Shown: positions 1 to 8,774, counted from the stretch's first letter. The stretch is DNA of 64,000 nt from Desulfobacterales bacterium (GCA_963668645.2 CAXXWC010000010.1:224001-288000), one strand, 5' to 3'. The notes: generated from the letters alone by a model not told the origin. Translations and numbers: made by a program.

Positions 1-126
1 GGGACTGTGAGTTTTTCAAACTCAAAATTTTGCCCCTTTACGTGATAAAATACGTTTTGGCCGGATAAACCTAAAATTGCTTTCGAAATTTGAGAAATAT
101 TAACGTTCTCTATGAATTGAAGAAAT

Positions 127-1803
127 TTATGGTTTTTGAGCCCATATATAGATATCTGTCTTAAACAAAGAGTAACCAATAGCTTCAAATCCAAGATTTG
201 AAAGTTTTTCAAAAATTTTTTCAGAAAATTTCATGGGAGCAGTTTTGTCAACGATTCTTTTTGTGCCAGGAATAAGCAGTCCACGAACAACTCGCTTTGC
301 ATTAGATTCAATTTCGACAAAGCCATTAGCCACCGATACAATGAATAATCCTTTTCTCTTCAGCACTCTATTCGCTTCTCGTACCGCTAAATTCACATCA
401 AATAGGCTTGATTGAAAAGTACGTAGGGAAATGTAAACGTCTATAGAAGCGGACGGTACAGATTGCATATCTTCTGCAGGATTATGAACACACTTGAGTG
501 ATGGAAAATTATTTTTCGCACGAAAAAGCATGTTTCTTGACACATCAACACCTATTACTTCTTTAAATCCGGATAGAAAATAAGGTATTTCAATTCCATT
601 ACCGACACCAACATCTAAAGCAGTACAAGTAGAAACATCGACAGAAAAATTAGATATAATTTCTTTAATTTCACCAGCCCAACCAGGAATAAGCCCCCTC
701 AGATCAACCTCATAGTTGTAGTCAAGATATTTTTTAGTAAAGTACTCTTCGCGAATTTGAGCTAAAACAGTTTTTGTCACTGAAGGATCTGCCCCCCTTG
801 AGACACAGAGTGCCTCAAAGTCAGAGAGAGACAGAGAACGACCAAGATCAATATCTGATAGGTCAATTTCGAGTTTTTCATTGATCCCATTTTTCATACT
901 GGACAAGATATCAAATTTTGCATAAAAATTATCTTCAGACAGCTCTGACTTTTCTGATTCTGGCACTCTTAAGGAATATGGGAAGCATTCAATTAAGCCG
1001 CGTTCAATAAAGTTTTTTATGAAAGAAGCGGCTGACAGGGATGCGGCCACCCTATTTTCATCTTTCTTAGATTCGGGAGTTCCGTAATCTGATATACCTC
1101 GGACAACCAGCCATTGTATCTTGTATTGCTTACATACAATTGCGAATCCAGCACTTTCCATTTCGTAACAACGAATTCGATCGTCAATTGCCCAAATTAT
1201 TCTTAATTTATCAGGATCTAAGTGCAAAAAATTGCCACTAGCAATAAATTTTAAGTGGGCGCTTGAGTGAATATCCCATAAATGAAGCGGAGGATTCATA
1301 TTGGGAAATAGCGATTTTGGAATTGATTTAAATTTTTTGGTCCATTTAGAGGATGAGTATTCTTTGCCAAGGAATCTGTTCGCGTCCGTTAAAATTCTTT
1401 CTAATAGTACATGTTGCTTTGGTCTGGGGCTTTCACCCTTCTCAGTCCTCCATTCTTGAATATCTAACACCATTTCAGAAACTACAATATCAGCAATTTT
1501 TACTTTATCTTCTTTTCCAGCTGCTGTCCCGATTAAAAAAATCAAAACAGGGTTTAGGCGGGCCAATACCTGCTCAGTTATGCTACTCGCGATACTATTC
1601 CCTTGATCATTTATAAAAATAACAGCAATAGAGATCGAAGCATGGCCTTCACGAGTCTTTATTTTACGCTGAAACTGATAAAAATGCTTACCACCTTTTA
1701 ATTCCCCTGAACTATGTACGAACTTAACCCGAAAAGCCCATTCCAAAGCTCTAAGCTCATCTTCCTTTGGCACTATAATGGCTATATCGACATTTTTTGC
1801 CAA
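127..1803 (-). CDS. Fusion of N-terminal MTA/SAH-nucleosidase/PNP-family domain and C-terminal class I SAM-dependent methyltransferase
   Basis: N-half has nucleoside phosphorylase motifs (LIGTAAG, IASGN, YEMESAG, VVRGISDY). C-half has the SAM motif LDVGVGNG, GVDVS and REANRVLKRKG. TTG start; AT-rich. Confidence 0.8.
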   Translation of the reverse strand: MAKNVDIAIIVPKEDELRALEWAFRVKFVHSSGELKGGKHFYQFQRKIKTREGHASISIAVIFINDQGNSIASSITEQVLARLNPVLIFLIGTAAGKEDKVKIADIVVSEMVLDIQEWRTEKGESPRPKQHVLLERILTDANRFLGKEYSSSKWTKKFKSIPKSLFPNMNPPLHLWDIHSSAHLKFIASGNFLHLDPDKLRIIWAIDDRIRCYEMESAGFAIVCKQYKIQWLVVRGISDYGTPESKKDENRVAASLSAASFIKNFIERGLIECFPYSLRVPESEKSELSEDNFYAKFDILSSMKNGINEKLEIDLSDIDLGRSLSLSDFEALCVSRGADPSVTKTVLAQIREEYFTKKYLDYNYEVDLRGLIPGWAGEIKEIISNFSVDVSTCTALDVGVGNGIEIPYFLSGFKEVIGVDVSRNMLFRAKNNFPSLKCVHNPAEDMQSVPSASIDVYISLRTFQSSLFDVNLAVREANRVLKRKGLFIVSVANGFVEIESNAKRVVRGLLIPGTKRIVDKTAPMKFSEKIFEKLSNLGFEAIGYSLFKTDIYIWAQKP

Positions 1804-1960
1804 CTATCACTTTTCCCATAGAAATTGCCAGAAGATGTCTTCCAAAACAGTCAACTCCACAAAAAGTATCTGGGCAAAGAACAAATCTACTTTATAAACA
1901 TAAAGTGCCCGCTCGTTAACCACTTACAAAGGACATTAGATGAAAAAAGATCAAATATTA

Positions 1961-2161
1961 TTATTTTCTAACTTCGGATAACCCGTGTACAAGCAGCCTT
2001 ATCTCTCTAATACCACAAAACAAGTTGCCATTATAGTCAGCGCATGGCACTTCCGGCGCAGCGGAAGCATACGATTGAAAAGGAATATTATTCGCATGAA
2101 GTAAATCCACCGCCTCATCGCTGCAATCTGAGCCATTGATTAATAAAGTAATTGGTTTCAT
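1961..2161 (-). CDS. Small glutaredoxin/NrdH-like protein (66 aa)
   Basis: GGAGAG RBS. Pattern ITLL...SDCSDEAVDLL..NNIPF...VP....G..EI resembles the glutaredoxin fold, with only one Cys in the CxxC position. Confidence 0.55.
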   Translation of the reverse strand: MKPITLLINGSDCSDEAVDLLHANNIPFQSYASAAPEVPCADYNGNLFCGIREIRLLVHGLSEVRK

Positions 2162-2170
2162 TTACTCTCC

Positions 2171-3760
2171 CTAATTTTGAAAGCATTTTTCTACAAATAG
2201 TTGAGGTGTTATAGAATCAACAATCCATTCCCTTTCTGAAACCCATTGTTTTAGCGGGATTGCTTCAGCGCTGTTAGCTCGTCTTGCAGCTTCATCCCAT
2301 GCTGAACCAATTAGCGCTGCTCCTGCACTACCTCTACCACCTGAAAATGGACTGCCTATTTTTTTTAAATCAAACTCTGGCCTGTAACCATATTTCTCAG
2401 CAGATAGTCTGAATAGTCCTGATTCTATACTATCATTAAGCAATGCAGGGCGAAAATCTACATCGGACAGAAGTTTTGAAACAACATCTATTGAAGGCGG
2501 ATTTATCACGGCTCCTTCTCCAAAAGCTCTTCTAATTTTTATCGAAGCTATATCCTCAGGCCTGTTGAAAATATAGGTTGGCCTCTGTGATTTATTAGAT
2601 AACTTACAGTTAAATTTAACCTCACTATCAACACCTTTAGATTCTCTTCCCCTAAAATAGGGTCTATAGACAATTAGCCCACAGCATTGTTCCACCATCT
2701 TATAATCTCTTGAGCTAATTTGTTTGGATATTTTATCCACTAGCACACTCAATAAAGATGTCAATATTTTAATTTCCGGTCTTGGGCTATTGAAATACCC
2801 TCCTGGATCTAATGGATTAAAAAGAGTGGGGTTCTGGATAAATAGCAAGTTTTCTAACTTATCACATACCCACCGTTTTCCTAAGAACGGGATATATTCA
2901 CCGTCAGCATTTTTTCTAATTCTTAATTCATCAATTGTTGTAGGAGAAAAAAGGACACATTTGTTATTTCGTTCAACTGAATGGATAACAGTGTTGATTT
3001 CCGCACTAACTGAATCCGCTTCTTGTACATCGGCTTCACTACCGGCCCAGAGTTCTCTCAAGGCCGTTATTGGATGCGAAATATAGAAGGGTGTTTTTTC
3101 TGAAAATAGTATGTCATAAGCCACATGTAGCGGATGTTTAACTGCTAATAAAAAATGAGGCTTATTGAACGCATCGGCTATAAATTCAGATATCGCAATC
3201 TCTATGCTACGCCAATCTAAAATATTTAATAAGTTCATTATTGAATCAACGGATAAATTTAACGCTGGTGGGTTGTCCTTTAAATAGCACAAGTAGTCGG
3301 AATACATTTGATCCGGAGCTCTTAGCTTTGCGTATATATCATATATATCATCAATTAAAGTGATAACTTTTTTAAAACAAAGATTTTCTAGGCATTTAAA
3401 ATCAAGACACGAAAAAAACTCGCGCGTCATTTGGTGATAGAATACAGCATGCATCACCACAAAAACGTTCTCTTCCTCTGCCTTATTTATATTGTCAATA
3501 AATTTTGAAAAACAGTTGCGCCATAGCTCTTTTAACAATGACTTGGGCTTACTTAAAAGAAGTAAATAGCCCCCTTTCCCAGAAATCACTTTTGCATCAT
3601 TATCTGGATTTGATCGCAAGTATTCATTGTGTAGGTAAGGCTCAAATTTAATTACAGCGACTTTCTTGCCTTTATAACTGCAAAAAGAAGCTAACTTATC
3701 GACAGCTTCCGCAGTTTTAACTCCAGATTGGCCTGTAAACAAAAAGATACTTTTTCCCAT
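2171..3760 (-). CDS. Degenerate P-loop NMP-kinase (archaeal AdkA-like) domain fused to nucleoside 2-deoxyribosyltransferase/Rcl-like domain
   Basis: Likely start MGKSIFLFTGQSGVKT at 3760; VVMHAVF and ITLIDD resemble AdkA strands. C-half FYISHPIT, RDYKMVEQCCGLIV and SKGVDSEV match the NDT/Rcl Y...D...SxG..E pattern. Confidence 0.6.
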   Translation of the reverse strand: MGKSIFLFTGQSGVKTAEAVDKLASFCSYKGKKVAVIKFEPYLHNEYLRSNPDNDAKVISGKGGYLLLLSKPKSLLKELWRNCFSKFIDNINKAEEENVFVVMHAVFYHQMTREFFSCLDFKCLENLCFKKVITLIDDIYDIYAKLRAPDQMYSDYLCYLKDNPPALNLSVDSIMNLLNILDWRSIEIAISEFIADAFNKPHFLLAVKHPLHVAYDILFSEKTPFYISHPITALRELWAGSEADVQEADSVSAEINTVIHSVERNNKCVLFSPTTIDELRIRKNADGEYIPFLGKRWVCDKLENLLFIQNPTLFNPLDPGGYFNSPRPEIKILTSLLSVLVDKISKQISSRDYKMVEQCCGLIVYRPYFRGRESKGVDSEVKFNCKLSNKSQRPTYIFNRPEDIASIKIRRAFGEGAVINPPSIDVVSKLLSDVDFRPALLNDSIESGLFRLSAEKYGYRPEFDLKKIGSPFSGGRGSAGAALIGSAWDEAARRANSAEAIPLKQWVSEREWIVDSITPQLFVEKCFQN

Positions 3761-3880
3761 ATAGATTCGTCTTTTAATTTGATAAAAAGCCGCTTTTAAG
3801 GGTGGGCGGCTGCACCAGAAGTTGATTGCAGTCCGGCAACACGCTGCCCACAAGATATGGAAACCTGTTACGATGGCATC

Positions 3881-3909
3881 GTCGTACCACCAGCATTTCA
3901 GATTGTCAA
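3881..3909 (-). promoter_or_regulatory. Putative sigma70 promoter of the AT-rich operon
   Basis: TTGACA-17 nt-TACGAC with TG extended -10, about 120 nt upstream of the ATG at 3760. Confidence 0.45.
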
Positions 3910-3987
3910 TAACGAAAAATGGCACTATTACGTCAAGTAATGTGCTGTTTTCGGGGCAAGATCAATTTCATTTTAGCCGTTCTCAAT

Positions 3988-4122
3988 GCCACTGTGTCTC
4001 CGCGCGAGACGGCTTAAAGGCACCCATTCTCCTCTGATGCCCCGCCCCTTTCGCTGAGCCGCCAAGACGCAGAGGGGATCACTTTCAGCTCTTTTCCGCG
4101 CCACTGCGCCTCCGCGCGAGAC
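3988..4122. repeat. Two copies of a 23-bp GC-rich REP-like repeat
   Basis: gccactgtgtctccgcgcgagac (3988-4010) and gccactgcgcctccgcgcgagac (4100-4122), at the AT/GC composition boundary. Confidence 0.6.
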
Positions 4123-4326
4123 CGCCTTTCCCCCCACAAAAACACAAAACCCCGCCATCCTTTACGGAAAACAGGGTTTCAGAGGCCAATCTTCATTTTT
4201 GAGTGCCCTCCAGATTGTCGGGTTACTCAGATTTTAAGGTGCTATAGCAGGGACTTGAGATCGGGTCAAATGCTTTTCCTACGGGGGGCTTCAGTGTCCT
4301 ATGAGAGATACTTTTTCACAAAGGCC

Positions 4327-4815
4327 TCATGCTGCAAACCATTTGTACATGACCAACACATCTACATAACCTTTGGATGGGTGATGAAATGCCTTGGGTA
4401 ACCGGCCCACCGTAGCGAAGCCGAGCTTTTGCCAAAGCCTTATGGCCCCTTCATTGCTCGACACGACGAAATTGAACTGCATGGCCTTGTACCCGAGTTT
4501 TTTGGCTATTTCCTGGGAGTACGCGCACATCGCTGTGGCCAGACCGCGGCCTCTGGCGGCTGATGAAACCATGTAGCCGCAATTGCAGACATGGTCACCC
4601 GGCCCTGCCTGGTTGGTTTTTATAAAGTAGGTACCCAGGATCTGCCCGTCGCTTTCAACGACGTAGGTCTTTCGCGGGGTGTCGATCCAAAGCGTTTGCG
4701 CCTGCTCCTTGCCGATCTCCCGCGGAAACGCATAGGTTTCACCGGCCGCCACGATTTCGTGGAAGATGGGCCAAATGCGGTCAAAGTCTTCTTTCCTGGC
4801 TTCTCTAATATTCAT
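4327..4815 (-). CDS. GNAT family N-acetyltransferase
   Basis: Acetyl-CoA motif ARGRGLA, plus QFNFVVSSNEGAIRLWQKLGF. An alternative GTG start lies at 4821. Confidence 0.92.
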   Translation of the reverse strand: MNIREARKEDFDRIWPIFHEIVAAGETYAFPREIGKEQAQTLWIDTPRKTYVVESDGQILGTYFIKTNQAGPGDHVCNCGYMVSSAARGRGLATAMCAYSQEIAKKLGYKAMQFNFVVSSNEGAIRLWQKLGFATVGRLPKAFHHPSKGYVDVLVMYKWFAA

Positions 4816-5294
4816 CGCCACCCAACCTATTCACTTGGAAACATAACCTTTCCCGAAGACCGACGGCCTGCGGTCGGCAGTCCGCTACCGCACGGTTTTA
4901 CCTTGGCGGCTTCGACGATGTCAACGATCACCCTGATCGTGAACTATGGAGATGTTAAAGACAAGCGGCCACGGGTTGGCCTTCCTTTTTTGCCGTTGTA
5001 TGCGGCTGTTGGCTTCCGGGTCGGACCGACCCCGAGATCTGCCGTAACACTCCGGAAAAACCACAATCGATGATTCAATCCGAGGCCGCCTATGGATAAA
5101 AGCGGCAAGAAGCTGATGCCCAACAGCACGGCCGAGAAAACAGCACCACAGGATCTCGTGGAGAGCTGCCAAAGGAAAATACCCGCACATCCCGGAAATT
5201 GTTACCAGCCCAACGCCTGTCGTAATAATATCAACAGCAGGCAGGTTGGATTTTTCTTCAGTTGCACAACCCTTGATTCACGGAGATCATTGCT

Positions 5295-6275
5295 ATGGAA
5301 TATCGCATATTGGGCAAAACCGGAGTTCGGGTCTCGTCCCTCTGCCTGGGAACCATGTCCTTCGGGGCAGAAGCCGACGAGGCCGCCTCCGCGGCTATGT
5401 TCAATCGTTGCCGCGAGCTGGGCATCAACTTTTTTGATACGGCCAACGTATACAGCGGCGGCATATCGGAAGAGATCCTCGGCAATCTGATCAAAGGCTG
5501 CCGGGATCAGATTATTCTGGTATCCAAAGTCGCCGGGGTTATGGGTAGCGGTGCAAATGACCGGGGCACATCCCGCCGCCATATCATGATGGCGGTCGAG
5601 GACAGCCTGCGCCGATTGAAAACGGATCGCATCGACTTCTACTTTCTGCACCTCTTCGATCCGACACCTGCAATGGAACAGGGGCTTCGAGCCCTGGACG
5701 ACCTGGTCCACCAGGGGAAAATTCTCTACCCGGCAGTGAGCAACTGGTCGGCCTGGCAGACAGCCAAGGCGCTGGGCATTTGCGAGCGGAAAGATTTGGC
5801 ACGCTTTGAATGCATGCAGCCGATGTACAACCTGGTCAAACGGCAGGCGGAGGTGGAGCTGCTGCCCCTGGCCGAAGCCGAGCAGATGGGGGTTATCTCC
5901 TACAGCCCCCTGGGAGGTGGCCTGCTGACCGGAAAATACAATGATTCCAAAAAACCCGACGACGGAAGGCTGGTGCGCCTGGCCAACTATGAGAGCCGCT
6001 ACAGTCTTTCCGCATACTACGAGATCGCCAAGCGGTTCACAAAGCATGCCGAAGAACGGAATGTCAGCCCCATATCCCTGGCTGTTGCCTGGGTCATGTC
6101 ACACCCTGCAGTGACGGCCCCCATTATCGGGGCGCGCAATGTCGAACAACTCGAGGATTCGCTGGCGGCGGTGAATATCGATATGACACCGGAATGGAGG
6201 GATGAAATCTCTGCCCTTTCCATCAGTCCGGCGCCATCCACGGACCGGCTGGAGGAGACTGCGGGCAAGGTGTAA
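5295..6275 (+). CDS. Aldo/keto reductase
   Basis: LCLGTMSFG, FFDTANVY, SLRRLKTDRIDFYFLH, YSPLGGGLLTGKY, PIIGAR; GGAG RBS. Confidence 0.95.
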   Translation: MEYRILGKTGVRVSSLCLGTMSFGAEADEAASAAMFNRCRELGINFFDTANVYSGGISEEILGNLIKGCRDQIILVSKVAGVMGSGANDRGTSRRHIMMAVEDSLRRLKTDRIDFYFLHLFDPTPAMEQGLRALDDLVHQGKILYPAVSNWSAWQTAKALGICERKDLARFECMQPMYNLVKRQAEVELLPLAEAEQMGVISYSPLGGGLLTGKYNDSKKPDDGRLVRLANYESRYSLSAYYEIAKRFTKHAEERNVSPISLAVAWVMSHPAVTAPIIGARNVEQLEDSLAAVNIDMTPEWRDEISALSISPAPSTDRLEETAGKV

Positions 6276-6476
6276 TTTTGCTCAATAGCGGGTGGTGTTG
6301 CCGGGAACCTGCATTTATGAAAATCGGCGGGAAAAGGCGACAATTTAAAACAATCCGACCCGCAAAGAGAACGGATCCCAACTTCGACGGGGCCCTGGGT
6401 GGCAGCACTACAGCCTGGATGTATTATCTCGACGGGTTCTCGATCCAAAGCTCTGCGGCGACACGGCGGCGTGCGC

Positions 6477-7925
6477 CTATCCGAAAATCAGCGTCGCATA
6501 CATGTATCCGATGATGGAGAACAGCAGGATCATGGGAACGGAGAGCATGAACCCGTAGCGTGACAGAAACGATACCGGTACCCAGCCGCTGCCTGTGACC
6601 AGCGCGGTGGATGTGGTTGCCGAAGGCAGCGCGAAGGCCAGGTTGGAAGCGGCCGCGATGGTAACCCCCAGGGCGACGGCATTGCCCGTGCCGGATGCGA
6701 TCATCACCGGCACCATGACCGTATAGACCAGCGTCATGGAAACGACATTGGACATGGCGTTGGTTTGCAGTATGACCCAGCTCACGCTGATAAGGACGAA
6801 CACCATTACCGGCGCCCGGATGGCCACCGGCTGGAAGATGTCTGCAAGCAGCCGGGGAATGCCGGTTTCGGGTTTGCCGACGATGGAGCCCAGGATGGCG
6901 ACCGTGGCGACCAGGGCGATCGTACCCCAGTCTACGTATTCCTTCATCCATCTGTCGAAACGGAGTACCGGCTGTCTTTCCACGGTGATGAGGCAAAGCA
7001 GGCTTGCGCCTGCCAGCGGGGGGATGGCAACCCCGAGATTATGCAGGTAAGCGGAGAAATCCGGGAAAAGCCCCCCCAGAAAATCGGGGATCAGCCAGCA
7101 GAGGATCACGCTCAGGAACACCCCTACGGCGATCATTTCCGGGGTCTTCATCGGGCCAATCTCGGCTTTGGTCTTGCGGATGAAACCTTGACTCATCTCG
7201 CCGATGCCACTGACATCCGGCTTGACAACGAAACGGTAGACCGCAAAAAGAATCATAAAGACCATCAGTCCCATGGGAATGCCCCAGACAAACCACTGAA
7301 GAAAGCCGACCGCAACACCGGTATCGCGCTGCAGCCACTCGATAACCATCAGATTGCCGATATTGGCGATGGGCGTCATCACGAAAGAACTCGTCGATGC
7401 CCAGGCGATTCCCAGCATCATCATGGACGCGAACCGATCTCCCTTCTTGAAGCCCATGCCTTCCAGCATCGATTCGGCAATAGACATAAAGATGATGCAG
7501 TTGGCAGTCAGCGACATCACCATCCCGAGCAGTGAGCAGGCCAGAAGCAGCATTGCCAGCATCACCCAGGGACGCCCCCTGGCAATCGGTATGTCCATGA
7601 ACCAGACGGCGAAGCGGCGCGAAAAGCCGGTGGCCTGCAAGCCGCCGCTAAGCCCCATGACCCCGATGATGAAAATTACCAGCCAGTGCCCCCAGGACGA
7701 CGAGAAGACATCTGCCGCCGGCATCGTGCCGGTGGCTGTCAACAGCACCAGGCATAAGAGGCTGGGAATGCCGACACTGACGGTCGCCCACCAGATAATG
7801 GTAAACAGCATGATACCGGTGACTTTCATGCCGGTTGCGGTAAGCGGTTCGATGGGGGGCAATAAAAGGAACAAAACCAGCAAAATTAAACCCACGGCGG
7901 GTGCGATCCACCGGTTGAATGTCAT
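6477..7925 (-). CDS. SLC13/DASS family (di/tricarboxylate or sulfate) transporter
   Basis: Highly hydrophobic; MTPIANIGN, VDWGTI, AMSNV and AFALPSAT motifs. Likely start MTFNRW. Confidence 0.88.
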   Translation of the reverse strand: MTFNRWIAPAVGLILLVLFLLLPPIEPLTATGMKVTGIMLFTIIWWATVSVGIPSLLCLVLLTATGTMPAADVFSSSWGHWLVIFIIGVMGLSGGLQATGFSRRFAVWFMDIPIARGRPWVMLAMLLLACSLLGMVMSLTANCIIFMSIAESMLEGMGFKKGDRFASMMMLGIAWASTSSFVMTPIANIGNLMVIEWLQRDTGVAVGFLQWFVWGIPMGLMVFMILFAVYRFVVKPDVSGIGEMSQGFIRKTKAEIGPMKTPEMIAVGVFLSVILCWLIPDFLGGLFPDFSAYLHNLGVAIPPLAGASLLCLITVERQPVLRFDRWMKEYVDWGTIALVATVAILGSIVGKPETGIPRLLADIFQPVAIRAPVMVFVLISVSWVILQTNAMSNVVSMTLVYTVMVPVMIASGTGNAVALGVTIAAASNLAFALPSATTSTALVTGSGWVPVSFLSRYGFMLSVPMILLFSIIGYMYATLIFG

Positions 7926-8080
7926 GGCAATCGTCTTTCTTATGATATTTGTCGACCGGATCTGAACGGCTGTAAAGGCAATGGAAGGGCCAACGACTCC
8001 ATCGTGCAAAAACCGGTATTCTCCGCCTGGCTCCCGGCCAGGACCTCTATCCCTTGTCGAACCATTGAAATGTCGCCGGG

Positions 8081-8109
8081 ACGCTACTCCCTGCCTGCCG
8101 GGCTGTCAA
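8081..8109 (-). promoter_or_regulatory. Putative sigma70 promoter of the DASS gene
   Basis: TTGACA-17 nt-TAGCGT on the minus strand. Confidence 0.55.
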
Positions 8110-8248
8110 GGCGCGAAAATCCTGGCGGCCGGCCGAACCGCCCCTGATTTAGACGCGACACAGGGGGGCGACCCATCCCGCACGCCAGTGAATTTGTCGA
8201 AGAGGTGCTGGAAAAACCAGGTGAATGGCTGGAAGCGAGCTACGCCTA

Positions 8249-8455
8249 TCTTCCCGGATCAAGAGGATCGGCAAAATCGAAAAAATGGCCGCCCGCGTGC
8301 CTGGGGCACAGGCGGCCAGGGGGAAGGAAACGATGCGGCCGATGCGGCGGATCAGGCCACTGCAGCCGGGCGGCGGGTTTCGAGCATCGCCTCGATGCGG
8401 GTGCGCAATTGGCCCAGGTCGCTCTGGGAGTAGTCCGATTCGATCTTTAAAAACG
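8249..8455. repeat. Left copy of ~210-bp direct repeat flanking the R-M cassette
   Basis: Near-identical to 12045-12261 (tcttccc...gatctttaaaaacg). Confidence 0.95.
8352..8455 (-). pseudogene. Duplicated 3' end (~34 codons) of the double-cubane/2-hydroxyacyl-CoA dehydratase-family gene
   Basis: Encodes FLKIESDYSQSDLGQLRTRIEAMLETRRPAAVA*, the same C-terminus as 12158-13333. Confidence 0.9.
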
Positions 8456-8459
8456 ATGA

Positions 8460-8485
8460 AGACTATAGTCTGTAGCTTTATAGTC
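8460..8485 (+). promoter_or_regulatory. C-box double operator for the R-M controller protein
   Basis: AGAC-TAT-AGTC-TGTA-GCTT-TAT-AGTC, 25 nt upstream of the C gene; matches the PvuII/BamHI-type GACT-N3-AGTC-TGTA-GACT-N3-AGTC architecture. Confidence 0.8.
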
Positions 8486-8510
8486 TGCATTTGGCCAAAC
8501 TGCGGCTGTC

Positions 8511-8774
8511 ATGGGACACGGCTCACAGAACAATCCAGAGATCCTTGCAGAAGCCTTCGGCGCGGTGCTCCGCGAGGCCCGCAAAGAGCGCGGACTCTCT
8601 CAGGAGGGTCTTGGGTTTGAGAGCGGCTATCACCGCACCTACGTGAGTCTCTTGGAACGGGGACTCAAGAGCCCGTCACTACAGACCATTTTCGAACTGG
8701 CCCGTGCGTTGGACATCCGTCCCTCCGAACTGCTCGCCCGTGTCGAGCGAACAACACACTTCAAGCCGAAATGA
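8511..8774 (+). CDS. XRE-family HTH controller (C) protein of R-M system
   Basis: LREARKERGLSQEGLGFESGYHRTYVSLLERG; preceded by the C-box and overlaps the REase start (ATGA). Confidence 0.9.
   Translation: MGHGSQNNPEILAEAFGAVLREARKERGLSQEGLGFESGYHRTYVSLLERGLKSPSLQTIFELARALDIRPSELLARVERTTHFKPK

Noticed and set aside
3800..3855. Resemblance of the leader to a c-di-GMP-II riboswitch (TGGGCA...GTGCAGCCG)
   Set aside because: The required GCAC/GTGC pairing and upstream elements are not present; left as an unassigned leader.
3761..3925. 55-codon N-terminal extension of the 584-aa ORF in the track
   Set aside because: It overlaps the predicted promoter and structured leader; the P-loop strand begins right after the ATG at 3760.
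4236..4262. tRNA 3'-end-like string (TCAAGTCCC...GCACC) on the minus strand as a possible att site
   Set aside because: No T-stem or cloverleaf; better explained as promoter spacer.
4820..5290. Possible integron attC site before the GNAT gene (GTTGGGT) and several short palindromes
   Set aside because: No matching RYYYAAC inverse core at a proper distance and no integrase; the short ORFs here have no recognisable features.
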